In this document: positions 8,446 through 17,184 of the stretch, in pieces
Layout of the letters: each line of letters begins with the position of its first letter
Position numbering within the stretch: the stretch's first letter is position 1
Notes under the pieces: generated by a model
Database searches by the model: none
What the model saw: only the letters and a program-made list of their open reading frames with translations
What the model was told of the DNA's origin: nothing
Translations under genes and position numbers: made by a program
Assembly (NCBI GenBank): GCA_038128265.1
Contig: JAYPJE010000029.1
Span: 1 to 36,347, forward strand
DNA from: Gemmatimonadota bacterium
GTDB taxonomy: Bacteria; Latescibacterota; UBA2968; UBA8231
DNA length: 36,347 bases
Reading direction: 5' to 3'

Positions 8446-10515
8446 ATGAGAAACTACACTACACACGCTATAAAGCATCTATCGGTGAAGCGCCGCAATT
8501 ACAGTCCGTTGTGGATTGTGCTTCTGTTCGCGTGTGTCTGGGGTAGCTCCAGTTGGGCAGAGGAATTCAACTGGGACGAGATGTCGCTGGAAGATCTCAT
8601 GGAAGTGGAGGTGTTTTCCGCTTCTAAAAAGGAAGAGCCGCTCTTTGTTTCGCCTGCCGCTGTTTATGTGCTCACCGCCGAAGAAATCCACCGCAGCGGA
8701 GCCACCTCTATACCGGATGCGCTGCGCGGTGTGCCGGGCGTAGAAGTCGGGCGCATCGACGCCGGCAAGTGGGCCGTCTCCGTGCGCGGCTTCAACGACG
8801 CGCTTGCCGACAAGCTGTTGGTCATGATTGATGGACGAACGATCTACTCGCCGCTGTTCAACGGCGTTATATGGGCCGATAACGAGATTGCGCTGCAGGA
8901 TGTCGAGCGCATTGAAATCGTGCGCGGTCCGGGTGGTACGCTGTGGGGGGCCAACGCAGTCAATGGCATCATCAACATCATTACGCGGACTGCTACGGAC
9001 ACGGAAGGTATTGTCGTAACGCAGTCGTTGGGCAGTGAGACGCGCGCCCGTGTGAGCACCTCGTACGGGCTGAAGATAGGTCCTTGGAATACGGCCTTGC
9101 GCCTGCACTACGCATCCTATGATGAGAGCATTCGCAATGGGCAGGGTGCCGATGACGACTGGTCTACCGGGCGCATTGGCTTTCGCGCCGACCGCGTCTT
9201 AGGCAATGGGGATGAGCTATCGATAGACCTGAGTGCATATAGCAACGAGGCGAGAGACAACTACCGCATACCGGTGTTCGAAGCGCCGTTTATCGAAACG
9301 CGCAACGCCGATTCGCACACGGCGGGTGCATACGCGGTTGTTGGCTGGTCGCGCACCGTATCGGAGCGCTCTTCGTGGCGTATCAAGGCCTACTTCGATG
9401 ATTCGCACCGAGACACGGGCGAATTGACGGTAGGTGAACTGCACACGTGGGATATTGATCTGCTGCATCAGTGGCAGCTGAGTGATCGGCACCAGCTCGT
9501 ATGGGGAGCAGGCTATCGCCAGCACTGGGATGAGTTTGAGCGGGGAGACTTTGTGTATTTTGATCCCGCTTCCCGTTGGTATAGCGTGCGCAATGCCTTT
9601 GCTCAAGACCAGTTCACCGTAATTCCCGATCGCCTAAATATCACCGCGGGCGCTAAAGTTGAGCACAACTCGTTCTCGGGTCTGTCGTTTGCTCCGAGTG
9701 TGCGAGTGGCGTGGACGCCCAATGCATCTAATACAGCGTGGGTTGCGTTTTCCCGAGCGAACCGCACGCCTGCCCGCGGCGACCAAGATCTGCGCGCACT
9801 GGGCTCCGTGTCGGAGTTTATTACACCAACGCGGCGCGATACGGTGGTGACCGTATTGCTCGGAAGCACGCGGTTTAAAGAAGAAGAAGTGCGCTCTTTC
9901 GAAATTGGCTACCGCGCAAATCTGGGCGGCCGCGCACAGGTCGACTTGGCTACTTACAGGACCGAGTATGATGATCTGCACACGAACGAGTTGGTGACTC
10001 CGCGGTTTGACGATGAACTGGATCGCGTAGTATTCCCCGTTTCGTTCGCCAATAATATGAGTGCGACGTCGCAAGGAGTGGAAGTGGCGATCGGAGCCGA
10101 GTTGGCGACAGATTGGCAGGTGAGAGCTACGTATACGCACACGGATATCGATGTGAATGTTCGGGGCACCTACGATGAGGGGACATCGTGGGAATACATT
10201 TCTCCTGCGCATCAATTTGCCCTGCGTTCATCAAATAAATGTCTGTGGGATGTATTGTGCGATCTGCAGCTGCGCTACGTCGGCGAAGTTGGAGACTATA
10301 GAGGGGGTAGGTATATTCCGCAGGCCGACGCCTACTGGGGGCTTGATTTGCGCTTTGCCAAATCGCTTTCCGAGCGCCTAGAGATTGCTCTAGTCGGTCG
10401 CGACTTGCTCTACGATAGTCACGCGGAGTTTCGCGTGCCCATCACGCCGATCGTAGAGTCCGATGTGCAGCGCGGCTTTAGCTTTTCCGTTCGCTGGACT
10501 CCCGACAGCCTGTAG
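8446..10515 (+). CDS. TonB-dependent outer-membrane receptor
   Basis: Signal peptide ending SSSWA; MSLEDLMEVEV.SASKKEE; plug motifs SIPDALRGVPG, LLVMIDGR and ERIEIVRGPGGTLWGANAVNGIINIIT; amphipathic beta-barrel strands. Start could be GTG 8485. Confidence 0.92.
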   Translation: MRNYTTHAIKHLSVKRRNYSPLWIVLLFACVWGSSSWAEEFNWDEMSLEDLMEVEVFSASKKEEPLFVSPAAVYVLTAEEIHRSGATSIPDALRGVPGVEVGRIDAGKWAVSVRGFNDALADKLLVMIDGRTIYSPLFNGVIWADNEIALQDVERIEIVRGPGGTLWGANAVNGIINIITRTATDTEGIVVTQSLGSETRARVSTSYGLKIGPWNTALRLHYASYDESIRNGQGADDDWSTGRIGFRADRVLGNGDELSIDLSAYSNEARDNYRIPVFEAPFIETRNADSHTAGAYAVVGWSRTVSERSSWRIKAYFDDSHRDTGELTVGELHTWDIDLLHQWQLSDRHQLVWGAGYRQHWDEFERGDFVYFDPASRWYSVRNAFAQDQFTVIPDRLNITAGAKVEHNSFSGLSFAPSVRVAWTPNASNTAWVAFSRANRTPARGDQDLRALGSVSEFITPTRRDTVVTVLLGSTRFKEEEVRSFEIGYRANLGGRAQVDLATYRTEYDDLHTNELVTPRFDDELDRVVFPVSFANNMSATSQGVEVAIGAELATDWQVRATYTHTDIDVNVRGTYDEGTSWEYISPAHQFALRSSNKCLWDVLCDLQLRYVGEVGDYRGGRYIPQADAYWGLDLRFAKSLSERLEIALVGRDLLYDSHAEFRVPITPIVESDVQRGFSFSVRWTPDSL

Positions 10516-10587
10516 CGTAGCATCGGGCATTCTTTCGATGTAGCTACAACGCCTATCGCGCCATTTCCGATCCACAAATAATAGTTG

Positions 10588-12669
10588 CTAATTCGCACGA
10601 CGGGTGCCGTGCTGTGCAACGCGCCGTCGCAGCAGGTCTGGATCGACGGGTTTTACGATAACGTCGACCATGCCGGCCTGCAGCGCACTCTCCTTGGTAT
10701 CCGACTGTGCGTCAGCCGTTAGGGCTAGGATGGGAACGGGCGGCCGCTGCTGGTCCAATTCTTCGCGCCGTATGTGCTGCGCTGCTTCCACGCCGTCCAT
10801 CGTCGGCATCTGTAAATCCATCAAAATGATATCGGGTTGGTGTTCCTGCCATGCTTCGATTGCCTGCTTGCCATCGCTAGCCGTCAGCGTTTCGTAACCC
10901 CACTGTTCGAGCATGCGCTGAACCACTAGCACATTAACGGCGTTGTCATCGACTACGAGCACGCGTTGATGCGCGGTATGTGCCCCTGTGGATGCAGCGG
11001 TTGGCAATTCCGCTACAGCGGGGGCAGTATCCTCGGGCAATGGCAGGCGCAGCGTAAAGCACGACCCTTCGCCCAGCGTGCTCTCTGCCTGCAGGGTGCC
11101 GCCGTGCAGCTGGGCCAGACGCCTCGTAATGGCAAGGCCTAGACCGGATCCGCGTCGCCCGACGTTTTTCTCGCCGTGCCGGAGCTGTTCAAACGGTATG
11201 AAAATCCGCTCCAGGTCTGCGGCGCTGATGCCGGGTCCGCTATCGCGTATGTCAATGCGCCAGAAATCGGTCTTCCCGTCCGGTTGCGCGCTAATTTCTA
11301 CGTGCCCACCGCGCGTAAATTTGAGGGCATTGCCGACCAAGTTGGTCATCATCTGCATAAGCCAGTTGCGCTCGCCGCAAAGCCACTGCGGCATATCGTC
11401 TGGCAGGGAAAGAGACAGCACGCATTCGGACTGATGGGCTTGCTGATTAAAGATGCTGATGAGTTCGTGAAAAGCGGCAGGAGCGTCAAAGGAGGCTCGG
11501 TGAAATTCCATTTTGCCGGCATTGATCTGCTCGAAGTCGAGGATATTGTTAATGAGCGCGAGCAGGTGCCGTCCGGCCGAGCCCATTTCTGTCAAGTACT
11601 GCATGCGCTCGCTCTCGCTGCTGGCCGCGGAGTTGAGCAACAGAGCATTGAGGCCCAGTATGGCATTGAGCGGAGTGCGGATTTCATGGCTCATAACGGA
11701 CAGAAAGTCGGCTTTGGCGCGTTCGGCCTGCTGGGCGAGACTGCGCGCCTTCTCTAAATCTGTGACTTCGGTTGCGTAGGCATTGACGCTCTCGCCGCTA
11801 ATCGACATGACAATGTTGAACTGAAATATTTGCTCGCCGCTGGCGATGCGTGTGATGGTGGGCTGCTGATCGGCAAATACGCGGTCGATAGCCGCTTTGA
11901 GTTCTGGCTGGTCGACGGGTTGCTGCAGCGTTACCAGTTCTGATAGCTGCGCCGCACACCCACCGTTGGCTAGAATAACAACGTGCTGGCGGTTGACGCG
12001 GAAGACCGGATTGGGGTTTCGCTGAAAAAAGCTGGCGTAGTTGGCCACTTCGCGCTCGCTGAGCGTGCGCGCGATTTTGTGAGCGCACACGGCGGCAATA
12101 TTTTCTACGATGCGCAGGTGATGTGGCCGGTAAAAACCAATATCGGGGTGTTCGCTGTCGATGACGCCAATGACGCGGCCGTCGGCAATGATCGGCACGG
12201 CCATTTCAGAAAGGCGCATATCGTCGTCGAGTATGTATCTGTCGTCGAGACGGGTATCTTCGACAATTTCACTCTGTCCGCTCGCTCCAACCGAGCCGAC
12301 GATGCCCGCGTTGAGCGCAATGACAATGGGCTGGTGAATTTCTCGATAGTTGAGCTTTTTGGGTCCGTAGGCCGCCTTCTGCTCCCACACCTGGCGCTCT
12401 TCGTTGAGCAGGTAGATAACGCAGTCTTCAAAACCTAATTGGGCAATGCAGTGTTCGGCGATATCCCACAGGATGTCTTCTTGGGAAGAATCTTGGTAGG
12501 CACTGCGAGAAAAGTATTCAATGACGTCGATTTGAAGAGCTAGGTGCTCGACGTCGTTCTCACGGTATGGATGCGCCGTGCGCCTTTGCTTTTGATATAG
12601 CCATGCCAAAGCCGCTCCTGCTGCGAACGCGATGACCGCTGCCAGTGCACTGACTAAATGGATCGACAT
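10588..12669 (-). CDS. Membrane-anchored hybrid sensor histidine kinase (TM-GAF-PAS-like-HisKA-HATPase-REC)
   Basis: N-terminal TM helix; GAF (SEMAVPII..GRVIGVIDSE); H-box FLSVMSHEIRTPLN; N-box NLVGNALKFT; DSGPGI and GSGLGL; REC with VLVVDDN, ILMDLQMP and KP. Confidence 0.93.
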   Translation of the reverse strand: MSIHLVSALAAVIAFAAGAALAWLYQKQRRTAHPYRENDVEHLALQIDVIEYFSRSAYQDSSQEDILWDIAEHCIAQLGFEDCVIYLLNEERQVWEQKAAYGPKKLNYREIHQPIVIALNAGIVGSVGASGQSEIVEDTRLDDRYILDDDMRLSEMAVPIIADGRVIGVIDSEHPDIGFYRPHHLRIVENIAAVCAHKIARTLSEREVANYASFFQRNPNPVFRVNRQHVVILANGGCAAQLSELVTLQQPVDQPELKAAIDRVFADQQPTITRIASGEQIFQFNIVMSISGESVNAYATEVTDLEKARSLAQQAERAKADFLSVMSHEIRTPLNAILGLNALLLNSAASSESERMQYLTEMGSAGRHLLALINNILDFEQINAGKMEFHRASFDAPAAFHELISIFNQQAHQSECVLSLSLPDDMPQWLCGERNWLMQMMTNLVGNALKFTRGGHVEISAQPDGKTDFWRIDIRDSGPGISAADLERIFIPFEQLRHGEKNVGRRGSGLGLAITRRLAQLHGGTLQAESTLGEGSCFTLRLPLPEDTAPAVAELPTAASTGAHTAHQRVLVVDDNAVNVLVVQRMLEQWGYETLTASDGKQAIEAWQEHQPDIILMDLQMPTMDGVEAAQHIRREELDQQRPPVPILALTADAQSDTKESALQAGMVDVIVKPVDPDLLRRRVAQHGTRRAN

Positions 12670-12748
12670 GGTGTGGAGGCAGCGGTGTATGGCGCGCAGA
12701 GAGAACTGTGCTCAGGCGCGCGGGCGCCGGGCCGCTGGGGTGCGTGCG

Positions 12749-13417
12749 TTATGCGTCCTCTATGCGCAGCGCCCAGCGCATGCAGCCTAGGATGTGCTGG
12801 CGGAACCAATCTTCGTGCCACAGTGCGTCCGGGTGCCCTAGCGCGGTGTACATAACGCGCCCACTGCCGTATTCATGGCACCAGCCGAGCGCATAGTCGT
12901 GATCATCGCGGTTGCCCTTTTCCAGATCGACACTGTCGTTGTCGATGCGCATGAGAACGCGCGTCTTGTTGCGGTCCCACTCTTTAAACGTGTAGATCTC
13001 GTCGGTCACCTGGAAGCGCGCACCGAGCATGCTCGTGGCCGGATGTGCTTGGTCTTCGACGATGACGCCGACTTCTTGATGCCAGGGATGGCCGGCGAAA
13101 TAACCGCCTAACATCTGTCCGTACTCGGGCCAATCGTAGCCGGTGTCGGTGGCGTTGTGCACGCCGAGAAAACCCTTGCCGTTGCGCACGAAATCTAAGA
13201 TAGCCGCTTTTTGTTCACTGTCAAAATCGAGATTGCCCGTCGTGGCAAAGACGAGTAGATCCAGTTGGGCCAGGCCGTCGCGGCTGATTCGCTGGAGCTG
13301 ATGAGTCGTCTGTACGCTCCAGCCTTGCTCGGCGCCAATCTGTTTAAATGCGACCTCGGCGTGGGGAAGGTAGCTGTGTTCGAAGCCGGCCGAATGGCGG
13401 AGCATGAGAACGTTCAT
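12749..13417 (-). CDS. ThuA-like (trehalose utilisation, class I glutamine amidotransferase-like fold) domain protein
   Basis: HSAGFEH, GKGFLGVHNATDT, GGYFAGHPW, HPAT, DEIY and GRVMYTALGH motifs typical of ThuA domain proteins. Confidence 0.85.
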   Translation of the reverse strand: MNVLMLRHSAGFEHSYLPHAEVAFKQIGAEQGWSVQTTHQLQRISRDGLAQLDLLVFATTGNLDFDSEQKAAILDFVRNGKGFLGVHNATDTGYDWPEYGQMLGGYFAGHPWHQEVGVIVEDQAHPATSMLGARFQVTDEIYTFKEWDRNKTRVLMRIDNDSVDLEKGNRDDHDYALGWCHEYGSGRVMYTALGHPDALWHEDWFRQHILGCMRWALRIEDA

Positions 13418-13418
13418 A

Positions 13419-15101
13419 CTAGTTTTCCGTGCTGTTAGTGGGGGGAATTAATCGTTTAATAGCATCGTATAGCTCGGTAACCAGAAAGGGCTTGTCTAAT
13501 ATAACGGCCTCTTCGCCAAATTCTTCTGGATCTGTCGCAAGCCCCGTGCAGATCAAGATCTTGGCATCCGGATCTATGTGGCGTATCTCTCTAAATAGCT
13601 CATGCCCAGACATTTCTGGCATAGACAAATCGAGCATAACCAAGTCGGGAATTGTGCGGCGGTACACGTCGAGTCCTTCTCGTCCGTTACTCGCTGAAAC
13701 CGCGCGGTAGCCTGCGAGTTGTAGCATGTCCATGATGGAGATGCGCACGGGTTCCTCGTCCTCGACAATGAGAATCGTCTTCTTCACCGGCGCTGTCACA
13801 TCGGCGAGGTCGTGTTTTATGGGTAGGAAAACGGAGAACGTGGACCCTTGGTCCATTTCGGTCGTGAAGGTTATCGTTCCACCCTGTTGTCGAATAATGC
13901 TTTCGACCATAGGGAGGCCCAAACCAGTGGCTTCGTCAATGGACTTAGTGGTAAAAAAAGGCTCAAAAATCTGCACGCGCGTATCGTGATCCATGCCGAT
14001 GCCGTTGTCTGCTATAACTATGCTGATATAAGCATGCGGATCGTCGGGCAGGTGTTCAGGACTCTCGCGTGCTTTGATGCTAATTTGTGGTGAGCGGTCC
14101 GTAACGGCAGTGACGGCATCGCGCGCATTGAGTAAAATGTTGAGAAGTATTTGCTCGAAGTGATCATTGTCAATTTCTAAATTCGGCAGATCACCGGCTA
14201 TATCCAATGTGACGTTAATGCGTCGGTCAAAAGTGCGCTGAGCCAAATTGACAATGTGGCGGATACAGCGTTCGGTATTGATAGCCTCTAAGGCTCGGCT
14301 CGACTGTGGGCGAACGACAACCATTAGCTGGCGCACGATTTCGGCCGCGCGTTGCGCAGCGCTTTCGGCGTGGTCGAGCATCAACTGCCGAGAGGCAATG
14401 TCCGTCTCTATTTTAGACATGCTGAGATTGCCCAAAATAACCTGTAGCATGTTGTTAAAATTATGGGCAATACCGGTTGTCAGTTGGCCAACGGCCTCCA
14501 TTTTCTGCGATTGACGAAGCAGCTGTTCTTGCTCTTGTCTGTGCTGCATATCTCTAAGGCGGTAAAACGCCTCATGGACCACAGGTGCAAACGCTACGAC
14601 GATGTCGATGTCGCGTTGGGAAAACGCATTTTCTCGCTCGCAGCTGATAGCCAAGGAACCGGCGCCGAAGGGCACGTCGAGTATTGAACCTTTGGCATGT
14701 GGCTGTTCAACATCTCCACTAGCAACTTCGCTCTGGGTGCGTCGGTAGACGGGAGCGCCTATTTCTAAGAGCCTCTTCAGTGAATCGGGCAACAGGAGCG
14801 ATTCGCTCGTTGTGACTTCACCGTCGGAATTAGCTTCATAAGAAGCAAAGCGAGGCGATTGTAAATTAAAGAAGTTGATGCTGAGGAATTCAAAGCCAAT
14901 AAATCGGCTCAGCTCGGAGTGACAGGACACTACGGCTCGCTTCCAATCGTCTTCGCGTGCCATATCTAAAATGGCATCTCGCAAGCGGTCTTTCGCTTCG
15001 GCTATTTGCTGCTGAAGCTCATACTCTACTACAGCTGCTTCCAGCTCAGCGATACGTGCTTGCAGTACTTGAGCGTTGCTGTGTTCGCCGTTGATACTCA
15101 T
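13419..15101 (-). CDS. Cytoplasmic hybrid histidine kinase (GAF-like-HisKA-HATPase-REC, CckA/NtrB-like)
   Basis: LRQSQKMEAVGQLTTGIAHNFNNML, NILLNARDA, DNGIGM, IFEPFFTTK, TGLGL; REC with ILIVEDE, VMLDLSMP and KP. Start uncertain (15101 or 15149). Confidence 0.9.
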   Translation of the reverse strand: MSINGEHSNAQVLQARIAELEAAVVEYELQQQIAEAKDRLRDAILDMAREDDWKRAVVSCHSELSRFIGFEFLSINFFNLQSPRFASYEANSDGEVTTSESLLLPDSLKRLLEIGAPVYRRTQSEVASGDVEQPHAKGSILDVPFGAGSLAISCERENAFSQRDIDIVVAFAPVVHEAFYRLRDMQHRQEQEQLLRQSQKMEAVGQLTTGIAHNFNNMLQVILGNLSMSKIETDIASRQLMLDHAESAAQRAAEIVRQLMVVVRPQSSRALEAINTERCIRHIVNLAQRTFDRRINVTLDIAGDLPNLEIDNDHFEQILLNILLNARDAVTAVTDRSPQISIKARESPEHLPDDPHAYISIVIADNGIGMDHDTRVQIFEPFFTTKSIDEATGLGLPMVESIIRQQGGTITFTTEMDQGSTFSVFLPIKHDLADVTAPVKKTILIVEDEEPVRISIMDMLQLAGYRAVSASNGREGLDVYRRTIPDLVMLDLSMPEMSGHELFREIRHIDPDAKILICTGLATDPEEFGEEAVILDKPFLVTELYDAIKRLIPPTNSTEN

Positions 15102-15351
15102 GTGGCATTTAGCTTTGTTTATAAAAGCGGCTTCGCTAAACGGCCGCATCTACAATGGGGTAGATGGCTAAAATCCAGAAGCAGAAAATAGCACAAAACG
15201 GGTAGATATAAAAGCGTTATTAAAAACGTTGTCTATGCTGTGGGAATAGGTGATTCCATTTCCATGGCCAGGTTTAGAGCGACAAATGTTAGTTGCCAAA
15301 TCGCCCGTTCAATCATTGCGTTCCCAATGTGCTTCGTCCATGAAGTGGCAC

Positions 15352-16287
15352 CTAGAGGCCGGCGCTGCGAAAGCTCGTTAGGACTTCATCGGTTATGTTT
15401 GCGCAGGCCGCGCGCACGTTGCGCTCTAGCTGGGCCATATTGAGGCTGCCGATTGGGTGGCCGTGAATGCGCTCTTCCCGCAGGCAGAATTGCAGCGCCA
15501 AATCGAGCAATTCGACGTCGTGCTCTGTGCACCACTGGCGCATGGCATCGGCTCGGCGCTGGTCATCGCCCCACTTGTCTTTGGGAACAAAGTGCTCGAC
15601 CGGCACGCCCGTCAGCCAGCCGCGCATGATGGACCATCCATTGAGGACGCCCAAGTCACGTGCGGCGGCGGCTGGTAGAATATCGTCTGCCGCCGTCTGG
15701 CGCAGCAAATTGTAGTCGCTGAAACACAGCAGAGCTTCGATGCGCCCCGACTCGATGGCCGCCAGATGGGCTGCGTGCGGGTTCATGCCGTAGCCGATAA
15801 AGTCGACTAGACCGAGTTGGCGCGCCTGTTCTAGTCCTTCCAACGAGCCGCCCACTGCCAGCGTCGGTTCGACGTGCGGCGGGTCGTGTATGAAGAGTAC
15901 GTCGAATTTTTCAATGCCGAGAAGGGTTAACTGGTCGCGCACGTCGGCCAGCGTGTGCTCGGCGGAATAGTTGGGGTCGCCCTGCCCGTAAAAACCCCAT
16001 TGGGCAGCGCTGTGGTGGCAAACGCGCCCGCTAATGATAATCTCGCTGCGGTCTATGACGCCCTCTCTGAGCGCTAGGCCGAGTTTGCCCAGCGAGTTTC
16101 CGTAGCAGCGCGCGCAGTCGAAGTGGTTGACGCCGATATCGACAGCGCGACGCATTAGATCGAGCGCCTCTCGCTCGCTTACGGGACCGAAGTTGTCGCC
16201 AAAGCCCTGTGTGCCAAACGGAACAACGGGAATGGAGAGTTCTGTTTTGCCCCAGCGCCGTCGCGGGCAGGCGAGTGTTTGTGGCAT
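15352..16287 (-). CDS. Aldo/keto reductase family oxidoreductase
   Basis: RRRWGKTELSIPVVPFGT, GVNHFDCARCYG, DVLFIHDP, YNLLRQ and LALQFCL. Start placed at ATG 16287 with GGAG upstream; the ORF track extends to 16362. Confidence 0.88.
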   Translation of the reverse strand: MPQTLACPRRRWGKTELSIPVVPFGTQGFGDNFGPVSEREALDLMRRAVDIGVNHFDCARCYGNSLGKLGLALREGVIDRSEIIISGRVCHHSAAQWGFYGQGDPNYSAEHTLADVRDQLTLLGIEKFDVLFIHDPPHVEPTLAVGGSLEGLEQARQLGLVDFIGYGMNPHAAHLAAIESGRIEALLCFSDYNLLRQTAADDILPAAAARDLGVLNGWSIMRGWLTGVPVEHFVPKDKWGDDQRRADAMRQWCTEHDVELLDLALQFCLREERIHGHPIGSLNMAQLERNVRAACANITDEVLTSFRSAGL

Positions 16288-16362
16288 AGCTTGCTCCACT
16301 ATTTGTGATGTCTTCTCGTTTGCCGACGCATGGTGCGACGCAAGCCGGTAGACGGTATTCAC

Positions 16363-16391
16363 TTCACAAGATGTCTGCGTCGTGTTAAGTT
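16363..16391 (+). promoter_or_regulatory. Putative sigma70 promoter of the PilZ gene (probably leaderless mRNA)
   Basis: TTCACA(16363-68)-N17-TAAGTT(16386-91) with extended -10 TG at 16383-84; the ATG is 7 nt downstream of the -10 box. Confidence 0.55.
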
Positions 16392-16397
16392 ATATGC

Positions 16398-16796
16398 ATG
16401 CTTGAAGAATGGAAAGATTGGTTTTCACTGCAGCGCAGGAGCACTCCGCGTGTGAGTGTGAACTGGATGGCAGACGTTGAAATACCCAACACGGATCCGC
16501 TGCACTACACGGGGCTGCTCGCACTAGATCTGAGCACTCAGGGTATTCGCTTGGAGGGCGGCGACGCCGAAAGTGTGCGCCAACTGCTCTCCGATGATGG
16601 CAAGGCTTGGATGAAGCTGCGCTTGAAGGGGCTGACTCCACCGCTGCCCCGGGTGCAGGCTGAGCTGTGCTGGGGCATGGGTGAAAAGCCGCATTTTCGC
16701 ACGGGATGGCGCTTTACCAGCATTGATTCGCACACCATCCAACTAATAGAAGTGTATGTGGCCGATCACATAGAGGACATAATAGAAGAAGATTGA
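16398..16796 (+). CDS. Stand-alone PilZ domain protein (putative c-di-GMP receptor)
   Basis: Both PilZ motifs present: RRSTPR (RxxxR) and DLSTQG (D/NxSxxG); C-terminal G.RF strand and helix. Confidence 0.85.
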   Translation: MLEEWKDWFSLQRRSTPRVSVNWMADVEIPNTDPLHYTGLLALDLSTQGIRLEGGDAESVRQLLSDDGKAWMKLRLKGLTPPLPRVQAELCWGMGEKPHFRTGWRFTSIDSHTIQLIEVYVADHIEDIIEED

Positions 16797-16834
16797 GCGG
16801 CATCGCGCTAGGCGGCCGCTCTTCCACAGACGAC

Positions 16835-16872
16835 AATGGGGCGGTGATCTCTCGAGAGATCACCGCCCCATT
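16835..16872. terminator. Perfect 38-bp palindrome, probable bidirectional terminator
   Basis: AATGGGGCGGTGATCTCTC/GAGAGATCACCGCCCCATT between convergent stops at 16796 (+) and 16895 (-). Confidence 0.8.
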
Positions 16873-16894
16873 TGTATTGGTCTTAGTTGGCGTC

Positions 16895-17122
16895 TTATTC
16901 GCTATCTGCTTCGCCAAAGCTAATGCGTTCTTCCGCCAGGTCGATCATCGCACTCGCAGAAGCATTGGGTTCAGAGGGAACGCTCTCAATGTTGATATCG
17001 CGCGCTTTGCGACTCACGTTAATATCGCGTGCGCGCACGGATAGCGAACGGCACGTTACAAAGGCGTTATCCTCTTTTTCCAAGCGGAGGGCCACTTCTC
17101 GCGAAAACATGGAATCCAGCAT
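16895..17122 (-). CDS. Small protein resembling RNA polymerase omega subunit (RpoZ-like, divergent)
   Basis: SD GGGAG 7 nt upstream of ATG; own promoter and terminator; pattern N.F.....S.RARDIN ... P....AMIDLAEERISF resembles the omega pattern N.Y.....A.RARQIN ... KP...AL.EL..GKI.F. Confidence 0.6.
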   Translation of the reverse strand: MLDSMFSREVALRLEKEDNAFVTCRSLSVRARDINVSRKARDINIESVPSEPNASASAMIDLAEERISFGEADSE

Positions 17123-17184
17123 ATTTAAACTCCCGACAAATAGTGCGCTGCTACACGGGGTAAAACATTTTTAAACAGCACAAT

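Noticed and set aside
10516..10587. Possible terminator between the TonB receptor and the convergent kinase
   Set aside because: Only a weak CATCG/CGATG pairing with no convincing stem or U-tract.
8446..15350. Genomic island or mobile element covering the receptor and two kinases
   Set aside because: Composition looks somewhat AT-richer, but there is no integrase, transposase, tRNA or flanking direct repeat, and the ThuA gene inside looks native.
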